DNA of 62,853 nucleotides from NCBI GenBank assembly GCA_043798375.1, contig JAZDOS010000018.1, positions 1-62,853 of the forward strand, given 5' to 3'. Under the pieces are notes generated by a model. The model had not been told where the DNA came from, made no database searches, and saw nothing but the letters and a program-made list of their open reading frames with translations. Each line of letters opens with the position of its first letter. Positions within the stretch are counted from its first letter, which is position 1. Position numbers and translations under genes: made by a program. This DNA is from Candidatus Omnitrophota bacterium. Its GTDB lineage: Bacteria > Omnitrophota > Gorgyraeia > 2-01-FULL-45-10. Below, in pieces: positions 1 to 10,015 of this stretch.

Positions 1-179
1 GGGCGGTGAGGTAAAGATGTCCACATATTCACATTATTCACAAAGAAAGAAAAAGGAGGCGAAAAAGAAAGAAAGGACTACGGCTACTGGTACATCTTAT
101 TTTCGTCTAAGAATGGTCTTGACAAACCCGACCACCTAAACCTTTAGAATTTTCATATAATAATAACTCCTTTAATATA

Positions 180-696
180 TTATTTCGGTTTTAGTATAGC
201 GATAAATCCTGCAAGAGTCAAGCCTGCAAAGCCAACTGCCGCACTCTCAGTCCCAAGTGCCGAGGCCGCCAAAGCCGCTCCCCCAAGAATTGCGAGAGCA
301 CCAATAATCGCTGTGGCTTGGGCATTCCAATCATTCTTGTTTACCTTTACCTCGATATTCCAAGCACTTGAGGATGCTCCTGAAGATATTTCATGACTGA
401 ATGATACCGTCTGCGTCAAGATATCGCTTTCTGCCCTCCATTCTTCACTTGCTGATAAGGTATTATTGATATTCCAATCAAATGAACTTCCAGTGCCGAA
501 TGAAAAAAGGCTTGCAAACGCTGAACCACTATTTACACCTGCTAAGTCAAATGACACAAGAGTTTCCGTTGTTACCTTTCCGGTTGAATCTGCGGTAGTT
601 ACTAAACCACCTTCAAATTTACCCGTTACAAGATTAAATGTTAACTCGCCTTTCGAACCATTTGGAGCATTGCCATTAAATATCAATGATGTATCT
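180..696 (-). pseudogene. 3' remnant of an AT-rich gene of unknown function with a C-terminal hydrophobic hairpin, cut at the IS end
   Basis: The ORF is open from the IS terminal IR (697) to the stop at 180, has no RBS or ATG of its own, and ends in a Gly/Ala-rich hydrophobic segment (AIIGALAILGG...GFIAIL). Confidence 0.5.
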
Positions 697-753
697 CGCA
701 ACTTTGTCAGTTGCTAAAGCGAATTATCAATAGTATCAAGGGGTTACGTAAGT

Positions 754-2372
754 TCAGGGCAGGCGTACCACTACATTTTCGTGGATATCTTGGGGATTTT
801 CTAATACGCGGGGCGGGATTTTAAGCCCGGCCGCCTTAAAGGCGAGATGGGCGTCTCCCTCCAATTCCGTCCTTAACACAATGGGTGCGTCTTTGAGCGT
901 TATCCGGGCCGCTTTTATTTTTCTTACATCCTCTAACACTTTCGTAGGACTTACGGATTTACCTATGGCAAGAAGGGCTTTCTGGAACGTTACCTTTAAG
1001 ACAAGGGCTAAAAACGAGATGAATATGTGGGCTCTGATGCGCCGTTCGGTGTAATGATAGACCGGTCCCATCTCAAGCTCGGATTTGAGCGTCCTGAATC
1101 CGGCCTCCACTCTCCATAGATCCTTATAGGCAAGTATCACTTCCTTCCAATTGAGTTTCGTATTGGTCTCTATGACGAATTTGCCGTCGAAGAGCTCTTC
1201 ATACTTTACCCTTTCCTCATCAAGCCGTGGCTTATCGGCTTTTATCTTCAGATACTTGGAGTATTCTTTGTGGATCAAGAGGCTTTTTAAGCCCTGAGTC
1301 TTAAGTTTTATCACAAGTCGGGCGATAATTTCCAGGCGCTTCTTCTTATCTTTTAAAGATTCTTCCTCGTTAAAGCAGACAATCAACCGCCTGTCCTTGA
1401 AGTGAACCTCTTTGCCTTTTAGTCCTTCGGTTACAGAGGCCATGTCCTTTATCGACAGAATCTTCTTCGCGTCCTCTGTCTTAAGCTGCCTCATCCTCAT
1501 GCCGACGACGTATTCATATCCGTCCAATTTGAGCGTGCGGATGTTGTCTTCGCTAACCATGCCTCTGTCACAGACTATTATAACTCTTCTTATTTTGAAT
1601 TTGGTTTTTACGGCGCGGATCATCTCTTTAAAGGCGCCTATGTCATTGGTGTTTCCGGGATAGACCTCGTGTCCTATTGGTAAGCCGTCTTTTGTCATGA
1701 GGATGCCGACTATTACCTGTTTAAGATCGAATCTCTTCTCTTTGGAATAGCCGTAGTTAAGGATATTTTCGGCCTTATCCCCGTCTCCGAAATAGACAAG
1801 GCTTGTCGTATCCATAAGAACTACGTCTATCTCGGCATTAAATAAATCTTTCTGCGATTCGAACAAGTCTTTTTCTATCATCTCTTTGTGTTCGATTATG
1901 AAGTCGAGCGTCCTGTACCATTGGTTTAAATCTTTTGGAGGCTTTATCCCATAGAGGGATTTCGACCACTCGTGTATGGCAAGCTCGCTTTTAGGATCCA
2001 TGAGGCGGTTTAGAACACTCGTATACGCGAGTTCTTCAGCATCAAAACCCATCTTTCTTCTGTTTAGATATTTTTTGATGTTCGTATCCAGTTTTAAACT
2101 CTCCCAGATTCTTCTGAATATAATGACAGGACCGTATTCCTTAACCCAGTCGCTCTTCATATCGTCGGAAAGGTGATGACTTTTAATCTCTTGGTGAATT
2201 TGGAGAGTTTTTCTATGATATCAGGAAGGGTCTTGTCGGCGTCCTCTACTCTGCCGAAGTTGGCTACTATTACCTGCTTGACGCGGCCGGCTATCCTCTT
2301 GGTCTGGACCAAATATATGTAATGCCTTAAGGAGCCGTCCTTATTTTTAAAGCTCTTTATCCTTGTAAACAT
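754..2372 (-). pseudogene. IS1634-family DDE transposase split by a single-base frameshift near 2170
   Basis: ORF 2157-2372 (MFTRIKS..Y.YLV....) plus ORF 754-2160 (DTTSLVYFG, GYSKEKRFDLKQV, VCDRGM, W.VE..FR.LK). The frames join at ATCACCTTTCCGACGATATG. Confidence 0.85.
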
Positions 2373-2397
2373 GGCATTCCTTTATCTTTTCATAAGA

Positions 2398-2426
2398 AGT
2401 ATACCATATTCGTCGAGATTTGTCAA
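2398..2426 (-). promoter_or_regulatory. sigma70-like promoter of the transposase
   Basis: TTGACA-17 bp-TATACT just upstream of the start at 2372. Confidence 0.65.
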
Positions 2427-2556
2427 TAGATTACGGAGAATTTTCTTATATACGTGGCACTACGTTTTGGAGGAATTTACGCGGCTGGGATGGGTCTTCC
2501 CGTCGGAGATTATATTACTGGCGGGTAAAATATGGGCTGCAACTGACAAAGTTGCG

Positions 2557-2649
2557 CAATTTCTTACTTTTCATCAATCTATAGAGAGTAAGCTTAGAGA
2601 GCTTTAAATACTTGAGTGTCTCCATCGTAGTCATCAGCGGTTCATTCAT
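2557..2649 (-). pseudogene. Truncated excisionase-like HTH (HTH_17/AlpA-type) gene
   Basis: Manual translation MNEPLMTTMETLKYLKLSKLTLYRLMKSKKL runs directly into the IS terminal IR at 2556. Confidence 0.7.
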
Positions 2650-2902
2650 ACAAGCTATCTCGTTTTTACAGTTTATACTAGTTTAATGAGGTAAATGTTA
2701 GTTTACACTATAAACCGGAAAAAGGCAAATAAGGCTGGCACAAAAGCTTAATTTTTTAACTCTTAATTTCTGTGAATATAGGATTTCCATCACTATCACC
2801 GTCTTCCTCTTTTCATACGTACTATCTTATGGAGGTCGTATCAGGCAGGACAGGCAGGACGAGAAAGGCCTTTGGCGGCAACTCTAATACGATTTTCAGT
2901 GC

Positions 2903-2927
2903 ATAGGAAAGTTTTATACTTTCCTAT
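2903..2927. terminator. Perfect 10-bp inverted repeat (terminator or operator) downstream of the HAD gene
   Basis: ATAGGAAAGT-TTTAT-ACTTTCCTAT. Confidence 0.4.
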
Positions 2928-2940
2928 ATCATAAAAATCC

Positions 2941-3549
2941 CTACGCAATATCCCGTTCGCGCAGCGCTTCTTTCAGTTTGTTCGCGTTTTCGAACCGTAT
3001 AGAATCGATACCCAGCGCCAGCGCTTCTTTAATAAGGTCTTCGCGGTCGTCTATGTACAACAGGCTCTCTTTTCTTCCGCCTGCGCGCCTAATGACGTCT
3101 TCGAATATGAGTTTGTCGGGTTTTGTCGCGCCGACCAGATAGGAAAGGATGATCTCGTCAAAGATCTTTATTATGTCGAACTTTTTCTCGATGTATTCGA
3201 AGTGGAGCCTGTTGATATTTGAAAGAAGGAACAGCCTGTAGCTCTTTTTTAACCGGCGGACGAGGCCGCAGGCCTCTTTGTCCTCCCAGAATATGTCATT
3301 CCAGATAGCGACAAAGTCTTTATACGGCATCTTTACGGCGAGAAGGCTCGAGGCCCTTCTGTAGAATTCCCTCGGAGAGATCTCCCCTTTTTCGAACGCC
3401 CTCGTTATCTCGGAATCAAAAAAAACATCGTAGATCTTCTTTGAATCGAGACGAAAAAGATTCGCGACCTTCTTCGCGGATATGTTGTGATCGAACCTGA
3501 TTATTGTATTGCCGAGGTCGAAGACTATTACCGAATACCTCTTATTCAC
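2941..3549 (-). CDS. HAD-superfamily phosphatase (YihX-like)
   Basis: Motifs VFDLGNT, LLSN, KPD, YIDD. Probable GTG start at 3549 overlaps the upstream stop (GTGA). Confidence 0.85.
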   Translation of the reverse strand: MNKRYSVIVFDLGNTIIRFDHNISAKKVANLFRLDSKKIYDVFFDSEITRAFEKGEISPREFYRRASSLLAVKMPYKDFVAIWNDIFWEDKEACGLVRRLKKSYRLFLLSNINRLHFEYIEKKFDIIKIFDEIILSYLVGATKPDKLIFEDVIRRAGGRKESLLYIDDREDLIKEALALGIDSIRFENANKLKEALRERDIA

Positions 3550-3776
3550 CTTTTCATCATGTGGCAGGGGCCGCCCTTCATCCCGCACATACCACCCATC
3601 TTACCCATCAAAGGGCAGTTTAGCCCTGAGAATATCAGGCCATACATCAGGCTCAGGACCAACGTTGCGATCCCGAGAGTGTAGCCTAACGACTTCAGGA
3701 TTCCTTCCTGCTTCTTCGCTATCACGCATAATACATAACCGAGCGCGAGCGATATGAGGATACCTTTCATCATCAT
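3546..3776 (-). CDS. Small hypothetical membrane protein (2 TM)
   Basis: 76 aa with two hydrophobic helices, translationally coupled between truA and the HAD gene. Confidence 0.7.
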   Translation of the reverse strand: MMMKGILISLALGYVLCVIAKKQEGILKSLGYTLGIATLVLSLMYGLIFSGLNCPLMGKMGGMCGMKGGPCHMMKR

Positions 3777-3800
3777 GGCCAGCTCCTTTCTTTTTTAGTC

Positions 3801-4535
3801 TCAATAAAAAACCCTGACCAGGCACAGGCCCTTCGCCGGCATCGTGGGGCCCGCAGACCTTCTATCCCTCTTCTCCAGAATCTTTTTTACGTAATCTACG
3901 GTAAATTTCCCGCGGCCGGCCTCTATCAGTGTCCCGACGATGGACCTGGCCATATTGTATAAGAAGCCGTCGGCTTTTATATAAATATACACTATATCTT
4001 TGGATTTTTCAAATTTAATGTACTCGATCGCGCGAACCGCATACTTCCCTTCCCCATCCACTGTCTGAAATGATTTAAAATCATGCCTTCCTACAAGAAT
4101 CCCGGCCGCTTTCTTCATTAGGCCAATATCTATACGGTAGAAACATTTCGCCGCGTATTTTCTTAATGGCGGATTAATGAAATCATTATTGACTATGGTG
4201 TAGCGGTAGAGTTTGGATTTCGCGTCATGCCGGGAATTGAACCGCAAGCCCGCCTCTTCGGCCTTCGATATCACAATGTCGTCGGGAAGGGCGCTATTCA
4301 GCGCCATTTGTAGATTTTTTAACGGAATACCGGAGCGCGTCCTGAAATTCGCTACCTGCGCCTCGGCATGGACACCGGCATCGGTCCTTCCGGAGCCTGT
4401 CAGGTTAACCTTTTCCCCGGTTATATTTTTGACGGCGTTCTGGATGGTTTCCTGAATAGACCGGCCGTTCTTCTGAAACTGCCACCCCGAGTAGCGCGTC
4501 CCGTCATATTGTATGGTAAGTTTAATGTTGCGCAT
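3801..4535 (-). CDS. truA: tRNA pseudouridine(38-40) synthase
   Basis: YDGTRYSGWQFQ, GSGRTDAGVHA, FLYNMAR, T.PAKGL. Confidence 0.97.
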   Translation of the reverse strand: MRNIKLTIQYDGTRYSGWQFQKNGRSIQETIQNAVKNITGEKVNLTGSGRTDAGVHAEAQVANFRTRSGIPLKNLQMALNSALPDDIVISKAEEAGLRFNSRHDAKSKLYRYTIVNNDFINPPLRKYAAKCFYRIDIGLMKKAAGILVGRHDFKSFQTVDGEGKYAVRAIEYIKFEKSKDIVYIYIKADGFLYNMARSIVGTLIEAGRGKFTVDYVKKILEKRDRRSAGPTMPAKGLCLVRVFY

Positions 4536-4542
4536 TTAGCCG

Positions 4543-6096
4543 TCACTTTGTTGTATCGATACGGGGAAATAGCGGGCCGGCCTTATTGATTTTATGGCCT
4601 TCTTTCAGATTACCCCAGTCTTTGGTTTCGGAGAACCTTACCTTATCGAGGCCTTCTTTCATGCCGAGTTGGGCCCAGACATTCTTCGCCGTTTCGGGCA
4701 TAAACGGATAAATCGATATGGCGACGACCCTGATCGCCTCCAAAAGGCCTGTCATCAATCCAGCGAGTTCGTCGGTCTTCTTTTCTTTCGCCAACGCCCA
4801 CGGTTTCGAATCCTCTATCAGTTTATTCGCGGCGTTGATAACTTCCCATATTTTCGACAGCGCGCTTACAAAATCGAGATTCGGAATCGATTTTTCCAGC
4901 TCCGTCGCAAGAGCAAGGGATTTTTCTTTTATTTTACTGTCAACCGTCAACTGTCTACTGTCAACTAAACTAGGAATTTTTCCCTCGAAATACTTCTCCA
5001 CCATCGACAGCGTCCGGCTTAAAAGATTGCCCAGGTCATTGGCAAGATCGCTGTTATAACGGGTAACGAGCGCTTCTTCGCTGAACGTCCCGTCCATCCC
5101 AAATTGCACCTCGTGCAGGAGAAAATACCGGTAAGGATCGACTCCGTATTTTGTGGCCATTTCAAGCGGATCGACGACGTTTCCCCTCGACTTCGACATC
5201 TTCTCGCCCTTTATCACCCACCAACCATGGGCAAATATGGATTTTGGCGGTTCGATACCGAGCGCATGGCACATTATCGGCCAATAGACCGCGTGATGCC
5301 GAAGAATGTCTTTTCCCATAACGTGATAATCCGCGGGCCATAATTTCTTAAAGGTAGCCATATCGTGCGGATAGCCGGCGCCGGAGACATAATTTATGAG
5401 CGCATCGAACCAGACGTATGTCACATAATCTTTATCGAACGGGATCTCGATCCCCCAGGACATCCTTGATCTTGGCCGCGATATGCAAAGATCCAAAAGT
5501 TCCTCTTTCAAAAATCCCAGGACTTCGTTCTTACGGAAATCGGGCCTGATGAAACCCGGATTTTTGTTTATGTAATCGACGAGCCATTTCTGATATCCGG
5601 AAATCTTGAAAAAATAGTTCGCCTCATCAAGTTTCTCAATAGGCCTTTTGCAGTCCGGACAAATCCCGTCAGGACTCTGTTTCTCTGACCAAAATGTCTC
5701 GCACGGGGTGCAGAACCATCCCTTGTATTCCTTTTTATAGATATGGCCGTCTTTATGCAATTTTGTAAGGATCGATTGTACCGTATTTATGTGCCCAGCG
5801 TCTGTCGTTCGTATAAAATAGTCATAGTTTATACCGAGCTTTTTCCACAGATCCTTAAATACAGGGACTATCTCGTCGACAAAATTCTTTTCCTCGCCCG
5901 GTTTTCCGCCGCGCTCCAAGGCCGCCTTTTCGATCTTTTCTCCGTGCTCGTCGGTTCCGGTCATGAAAAAGACGTCATGGCCGCACTGCCTCATAAACCT
6001 GGATACAACGTCACAGGCAATCTGTGTATAGGAATGGCCTATGTGCGGCTTGGAATTGACATAATAGAGCGGGGTTGTAATATAGAATTTACTCAC
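4543..6096 (-). CDS. metG: Methionyl-tRNA synthetase (short form)
   Basis: PHIGH, TGTDEHG, YVWFDAL, KMSKS. Confidence 0.97.
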   Translation of the reverse strand: MSKFYITTPLYYVNSKPHIGHSYTQIACDVVSRFMRQCGHDVFFMTGTDEHGEKIEKAALERGGKPGEEKNFVDEIVPVFKDLWKKLGINYDYFIRTTDAGHINTVQSILTKLHKDGHIYKKEYKGWFCTPCETFWSEKQSPDGICPDCKRPIEKLDEANYFFKISGYQKWLVDYINKNPGFIRPDFRKNEVLGFLKEELLDLCISRPRSRMSWGIEIPFDKDYVTYVWFDALINYVSGAGYPHDMATFKKLWPADYHVMGKDILRHHAVYWPIMCHALGIEPPKSIFAHGWWVIKGEKMSKSRGNVVDPLEMATKYGVDPYRYFLLHEVQFGMDGTFSEEALVTRYNSDLANDLGNLLSRTLSMVEKYFEGKIPSLVDSRQLTVDSKIKEKSLALATELEKSIPNLDFVSALSKIWEVINAANKLIEDSKPWALAKEKKTDELAGLMTGLLEAIRVVAISIYPFMPETAKNVWAQLGMKEGLDKVRFSETKDWGNLKEGHKINKAGPLFPRIDTTK

Positions 6097-6875
6097 TTGT
6101 AGCTCACTTCAATAAGGCTTCCGTCCTCGAGCTCGACCGTCACCGAACGCTTGATGGCATTGACGCTCACAATTTTACCAGGCCCCTTTTCGGTCTTCAG
6201 CGTCTCACCCTCATGCGGCAATCCCTTCATGAGTTCTTTATAAGTCTTGTATTCGTAGCCGAGGCAGCACATGAGCCTGCCGCAGAGTCCGGATATCTTC
6301 GTGGGATTGAGCGGAAGGTTCTGTTCCTTCGCCATCTTAATCGTGACCGGCTCAAAGTCTTTCAGATATGTCGCGCAGCACAGCGCCCTGCCGCACGGCC
6401 CGAGGCCTCCCAGTATCTTCGCCTCGTCGCGGACGCCGATCTGTTTCAATTCTATGCGCGTCTTGAAAGCATTGGCAAGGTCCTTCACGAGATCCCTGAA
6501 ATCGACCCTGCCCTCGGCGGTAAAGTAGAACATTATCTTGGACCGGTCGAACGAGAATTCCGCGTCTATCAGTTTCATCGCAAGCCGGCGTTCCTGTATC
6601 TTTTTGGAACATGTATCCATCACTTCCCTGATCTTCTTCTTATTCTTATCGATCTGGTGCATGTCCCACGGGTTCGATTTTCGTATGACCTTCTTGAGAG
6701 GCTCTTCTATGTCCGAATCCATTATCGCCGACGTCTCCGACAGCACCTGCCCGTAGTCGAGCCCTCTATCCGCCTCGACTATGACATAATCACCTATTTT
6801 AAACTTCATGCCGCTCGGCGAGAAGTATGTGATCTTGCCTGCTTCCCTTAGCCTGACCTGTATCACTTCGTACAT
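6093..6875 (-). CDS. PSP1/stage 0 sporulation family protein (RicT/YaaT-like)
   Basis: RVDFRDLVKDLA, GPCGRALCC, KISGLCGRLMCCL; typical location after holB. Confidence 0.9.
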   Translation of the reverse strand: MYEVIQVRLREAGKITYFSPSGMKFKIGDYVIVEADRGLDYGQVLSETSAIMDSDIEEPLKKVIRKSNPWDMHQIDKNKKKIREVMDTCSKKIQERRLAMKLIDAEFSFDRSKIMFYFTAEGRVDFRDLVKDLANAFKTRIELKQIGVRDEAKILGGLGPCGRALCCATYLKDFEPVTIKMAKEQNLPLNPTKISGLCGRLMCCLGYEYKTYKELMKGLPHEGETLKTEKGPGKIVSVNAIKRSVTVELEDGSLIEVSYK

Positions 6876-7831
6876 ATGCTTGCCCCCAGGACGCTCATTG
6901 CCAATTTAAGATTGACATTCTGTTCCAAAAAAGACCTTGTTAACATGATCTGTTTTATTATATCGTCGAGAAAACGAAAATCGAGATGTTTAGCCTCTTC
7001 TTTTATAATATCGGATTTATCGGCATTCACCAATAATGATTCGCTGTGCCTTGCGGCGGCCTTCGCTATCAGAATATCCCTGTACCATGTAAGCATCATA
7101 TCAAGATACGATCTCATCGCCGGTCTTGTAAGGCCTTCGAAATCCGAATCGAAAAATGAACCGTCGACAAGCCCCTTGAGGACGCTCGATCTCCTTTCGA
7201 AAAACTTCTCTTCATTGAGCTTTAACGCCAGCGCCGGCGAGCCGTTCGCTATCCGCGACAGAATCCGCGCCCTGTCTGTGTCCAGCTTATGAACTTTCGT
7301 CAAGATCCGGCTGATATCGTCGGCCTTAAGCGGGTAAAATCTTACGGCCTGGGAGCGCGATTCTATCGTCGGAAAGAGGTCGCCGGAGCTCTCGGCTATG
7401 AATATGATGACCGAATCCGACGGCGGCTCCTCCAGTGTCTTCAGAAACGCGTTCTGGGCCTCCCCGGTCAGGCTGGCGGCGCCGTCTATTATATAAATCT
7501 TCTTTCCGGCTTCGTAAGGCTTAAGCCCGATATTTTTTATTACCTCCCTCACCCTGTCGATCCCAAGGCGCGATCCGGTTTTGTCGGGTTTCAATAAAAA
7601 TACGTCGGGATGGTTCGACGCGTCTATCTTCCTGCAGGAGATACATTCATCGCATGGCTTCTCACCCGATCCGGAAGAACAGTTCAGCGCTTTCGCGAAA
7701 TTCACGGCTGTAAGCAACTTGCCCGTTCCGGCCGGGCCGGTAAATATATAGGCGTGCGCGGCCCTATCGCTTTCGAGCGCGCCCTTCAAAAAACTGACCG
7801 CCCTGTCCTGCCCCAGTATGGCTTTATACAC
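6863..7831 (-). CDS. holB: DNA polymerase III delta' subunit
   Basis: HAYIFTGPAGTG, PCDECISC, HPD, AQNAFLKTLEEP, TIESR. Confidence 0.93.
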   Translation of the reverse strand: MYKAILGQDRAVSFLKGALESDRAAHAYIFTGPAGTGKLLTAVNFAKALNCSSGSGEKPCDECISCRKIDASNHPDVFLLKPDKTGSRLGIDRVREVIKNIGLKPYEAGKKIYIIDGAASLTGEAQNAFLKTLEEPPSDSVIIFIAESSGDLFPTIESRSQAVRFYPLKADDISRILTKVHKLDTDRARILSRIANGSPALALKLNEEKFFERRSSVLKGLVDGSFFDSDFEGLTRPAMRSYLDMMLTWYRDILIAKAAARHSESLLVNADKSDIIKEEAKHLDFRFLDDIIKQIMLTRSFLEQNVNLKLAMSVLGASICTK

Positions 7832-9254
7832 CGTATGCCAGCTTCTTTCCGTATTCGAGGATCGCGAGCGCTTTCTTAACGCTGGCCGCTTCCGCGTAGA
7901 CCCTCAGGATCGGCTCGGTTCCCGAGAGCCTCATCATGAGCCATGACGAATCGCCGCAGATGAATTTATAGCCGTCCGTCGTCTTTGTCTGGGCCACCGG
8001 CTTGCCCAATATATCCTCGGGCGGCGTATTTTTCAGAAATTCCAGCAATTTCGGCTTCTTATCATCCGGATACTTTAAATCAAGCCTTCGATATTCGTAT
8101 GTCCCGTATTCCTTATCTATCGATTTCAAAATATCCAAAATCTTCTTCCTTCTCATCGCCATCATCTCCAGGATAAGGAGGCCCGAGAGGACGCCGTCCC
8201 TTTCGGGGATCGAATTTTTGAACGCGACTCCGCCGGTCTCTTCACCTCCGACCAGAACATCCTCTTTCAGCATCAGCTCGCAGATGTATTTGAATCCGAC
8301 CGGCGTCTCATACATCTTAAGGCCGTATTTTTTACATATCTTCTTAATAAGGAATGTTCCGCATAGCGTCTGGACCACGCCGCCTTTCATCTTTCTATCT
8401 TCCAAAAGATGCAGGAGTAGAAGCGTCATCACCTTGTGGCCGGTGAGAAGCAAGCCGTTCGGCAGCGCGATACCGAGCCTGTCCGCGTCGCCGTCCGTCG
8501 CTATGCCTATATCGTATTTGCCTTTTTTTACTTTCCCGGCAAGCTCTTTCAGGTTAGGAAGTATCGGCTCCGGGTTTATCCCGCCGAAACCGGGATTATA
8601 AACATTGTGGATGGAATCGACCCTCGCCTTGCCGCCTTTTAAAAGATCCGCTATGTAATTATTGCCGGTGCCGTACATCGAATCGACGAGAATTTTAAGC
8701 CGTGTATTTTTGAGCAGCTTTGTATCGACGTATTTTTTGATAAATGCGAGGTGTTTCGGAATTATATCCTCGACCTCGATCATGCCTTTTGATTTCAGTT
8801 CTTCGAGCGGCTGATACGAAACTTCCCTTTTTCCGAGATATTCTTCGAATTTCTTTGTTATTTCGGGCATTGCGGAGCCGCCGTAATACGCCTTATATTT
8901 TATGCCGTTATATCTGGCCGGGTTGTGGCTTGCGGTTATCATGACGCCGCCGATGAGCCCCCTATCCTTAATGGTGAAGCTTACCGACGGGGTCGGCGCC
9001 GCCCTGTCGGAAAGGATCGTCTTTATGCCGTTCGCGGCGAGGACGCACGCGACAAGTTCCGCGTATTTTTCCGACAAAAATCTCGTGTCATATCCGACAA
9101 CGACCCTTTTGTCCTTTACCCTCGATGCCGGCCCATCGTCATTTCGGACATAATCCGCTATCGCCTGGCCGACTTTCTTAACATTATCGAATGTGAAATC
9201 TTCGCTTATCACGGCCCTCCAGCCGTCTGTCCCGAACTTGATTCCGCCCATCAT
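7824..9254 (-). CDS. Phosphoglucomutase/phosphomannomutase
   Basis: FGTDGWR, ITASHNP, DGDADR, GGEETGG, R.SGTEP. Start chosen after the GAGGAG RBS. Confidence 0.93.
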   Translation of the reverse strand: MMGGIKFGTDGWRAVISEDFTFDNVKKVGQAIADYVRNDDGPASRVKDKRVVVGYDTRFLSEKYAELVACVLAANGIKTILSDRAAPTPSVSFTIKDRGLIGGVMITASHNPARYNGIKYKAYYGGSAMPEITKKFEEYLGKREVSYQPLEELKSKGMIEVEDIIPKHLAFIKKYVDTKLLKNTRLKILVDSMYGTGNNYIADLLKGGKARVDSIHNVYNPGFGGINPEPILPNLKELAGKVKKGKYDIGIATDGDADRLGIALPNGLLLTGHKVMTLLLLHLLEDRKMKGGVVQTLCGTFLIKKICKKYGLKMYETPVGFKYICELMLKEDVLVGGEETGGVAFKNSIPERDGVLSGLLILEMMAMRRKKILDILKSIDKEYGTYEYRRLDLKYPDDKKPKLLEFLKNTPPEDILGKPVAQTKTTDGYKFICGDSSWLMMRLSGTEPILRVYAEAASVKKALAILEYGKKLAYGV

Positions 9255-9269
9255 TTCCTCCTCGTTGAT

Positions 9270-9318
9270 TCTAACCAGGTTAGACACTCAGGTCAACCTA
9301 ATATCTAACCTGGTTAGA
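9270..9318. repeat. Pair of TCTAACCWGGTTAGA palindromes (9270-9284, 9304-9318)
   Basis: Direct sequence match. The second copy contains the rpe stop codon. Confidence 0.85.
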
Positions 9319-9958
9319 TATTAGGCCCTCTTAACTTCCTGATCGCTTCCGCGTAGTCCTTCGTCCCGAATACCGATGTGCCGGCTACGATTATATTGGC
9401 GCCGGCCTTTATGACCTCGGCTGCGGTCGTCCCGTTCACGCCGCCGTCCACCTCTATGTCTTTCCTGAAAATCCTGCGAAGCTCTTCTATCTTGGCAACG
9501 CAGTCCGGCATAAATTCCTGTCCGCCGAAACCGGGCTCAACCGTCATCACAAGGACCATGTCCACCATCGGAAGTATCGCCGGGAGAGTTTTCAGGTCTG
9601 TTTTCGGCCTGATCGAAACTCCAACCTTCTTTTTGTAATACCTGATCAATCTGATAATTTCTTTCGGATCCGCTTCCACTTCTATATGAAAAGTTATGAT
9701 ATCGCTTCCGCATTTGGCAAAACGTTCTATGTATTTTTGCGGGTTCTTTATCATGAGATGCGTATCGAGCGGCAACTTCGTTACGGGCCTTATAGACTTC
9801 ACGACGACCGGCCCCATGGTGATGTTGTCGACGAAATGGCCGTCCATGACGTCGATGTGTATCCAGTCGGCGCCGGCCTTCTCGACGGCCCTTATCTCCT
9901 CGCCGAGCCTCGAAAAGTCCGCGGAAAGAATGCTTGGAGCAATCATAATTTTTTGCAT
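9314..9958 (-). CDS. rpe: Ribulose-phosphate 3-epimerase
   Basis: IAPSILSADF, HIDVMDGHFV, VMTVEPGFGGQ, EVDGG. Confidence 0.97.
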   Translation of the reverse strand: MQKIMIAPSILSADFSRLGEEIRAVEKAGADWIHIDVMDGHFVDNITMGPVVVKSIRPVTKLPLDTHLMIKNPQKYIERFAKCGSDIITFHIEVEADPKEIIRLIRYYKKKVGVSIRPKTDLKTLPAILPMVDMVLVMTVEPGFGGQEFMPDCVAKIEELRRIFRKDIEVDGGVNGTTAAEVIKAGANIIVAGTSVFGTKDYAEAIRKLRGPNI

Positions 9959-9978
9959 ATCGTCCCTCTTATCGTTTA

Positions 9979-10015
9979 ATTACTCATTACGCATTACTGA
10001 TTACGAATTACGGAT
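9979..10015. repeat. Heptamer tandem array (TTACNNA x5)
   Basis: ttactca ttacgca ttactga ttacgaa ttacgga. Confidence 0.7.

Larger units (their letters stand above)
697..2556 (-). mobile_element. IS1634-family insertion sequence (~1860 bp)
   Basis: Perfect 18-bp terminal inverted repeat CGCAACTTTGTCAGTTGC (697-714 and 2539-2556) enclosing a DDE transposase. No flanking target duplication is visible. Confidence 0.85.

Noticed and set aside
1-156. Possible small gene after the AAGGAG RBS at ~170
   Set aside because: Stops occur in all three frames within 160 bp, so a CDS cannot be supported.
697-2556. 18-bp inverted sites read as an invertible (shufflon-like) switch
   Set aside because: They enclose a DDE transposase, resemble IS1634 ends, and neither orientation yields a convincing complete flanking gene. 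No invertase is nearby.
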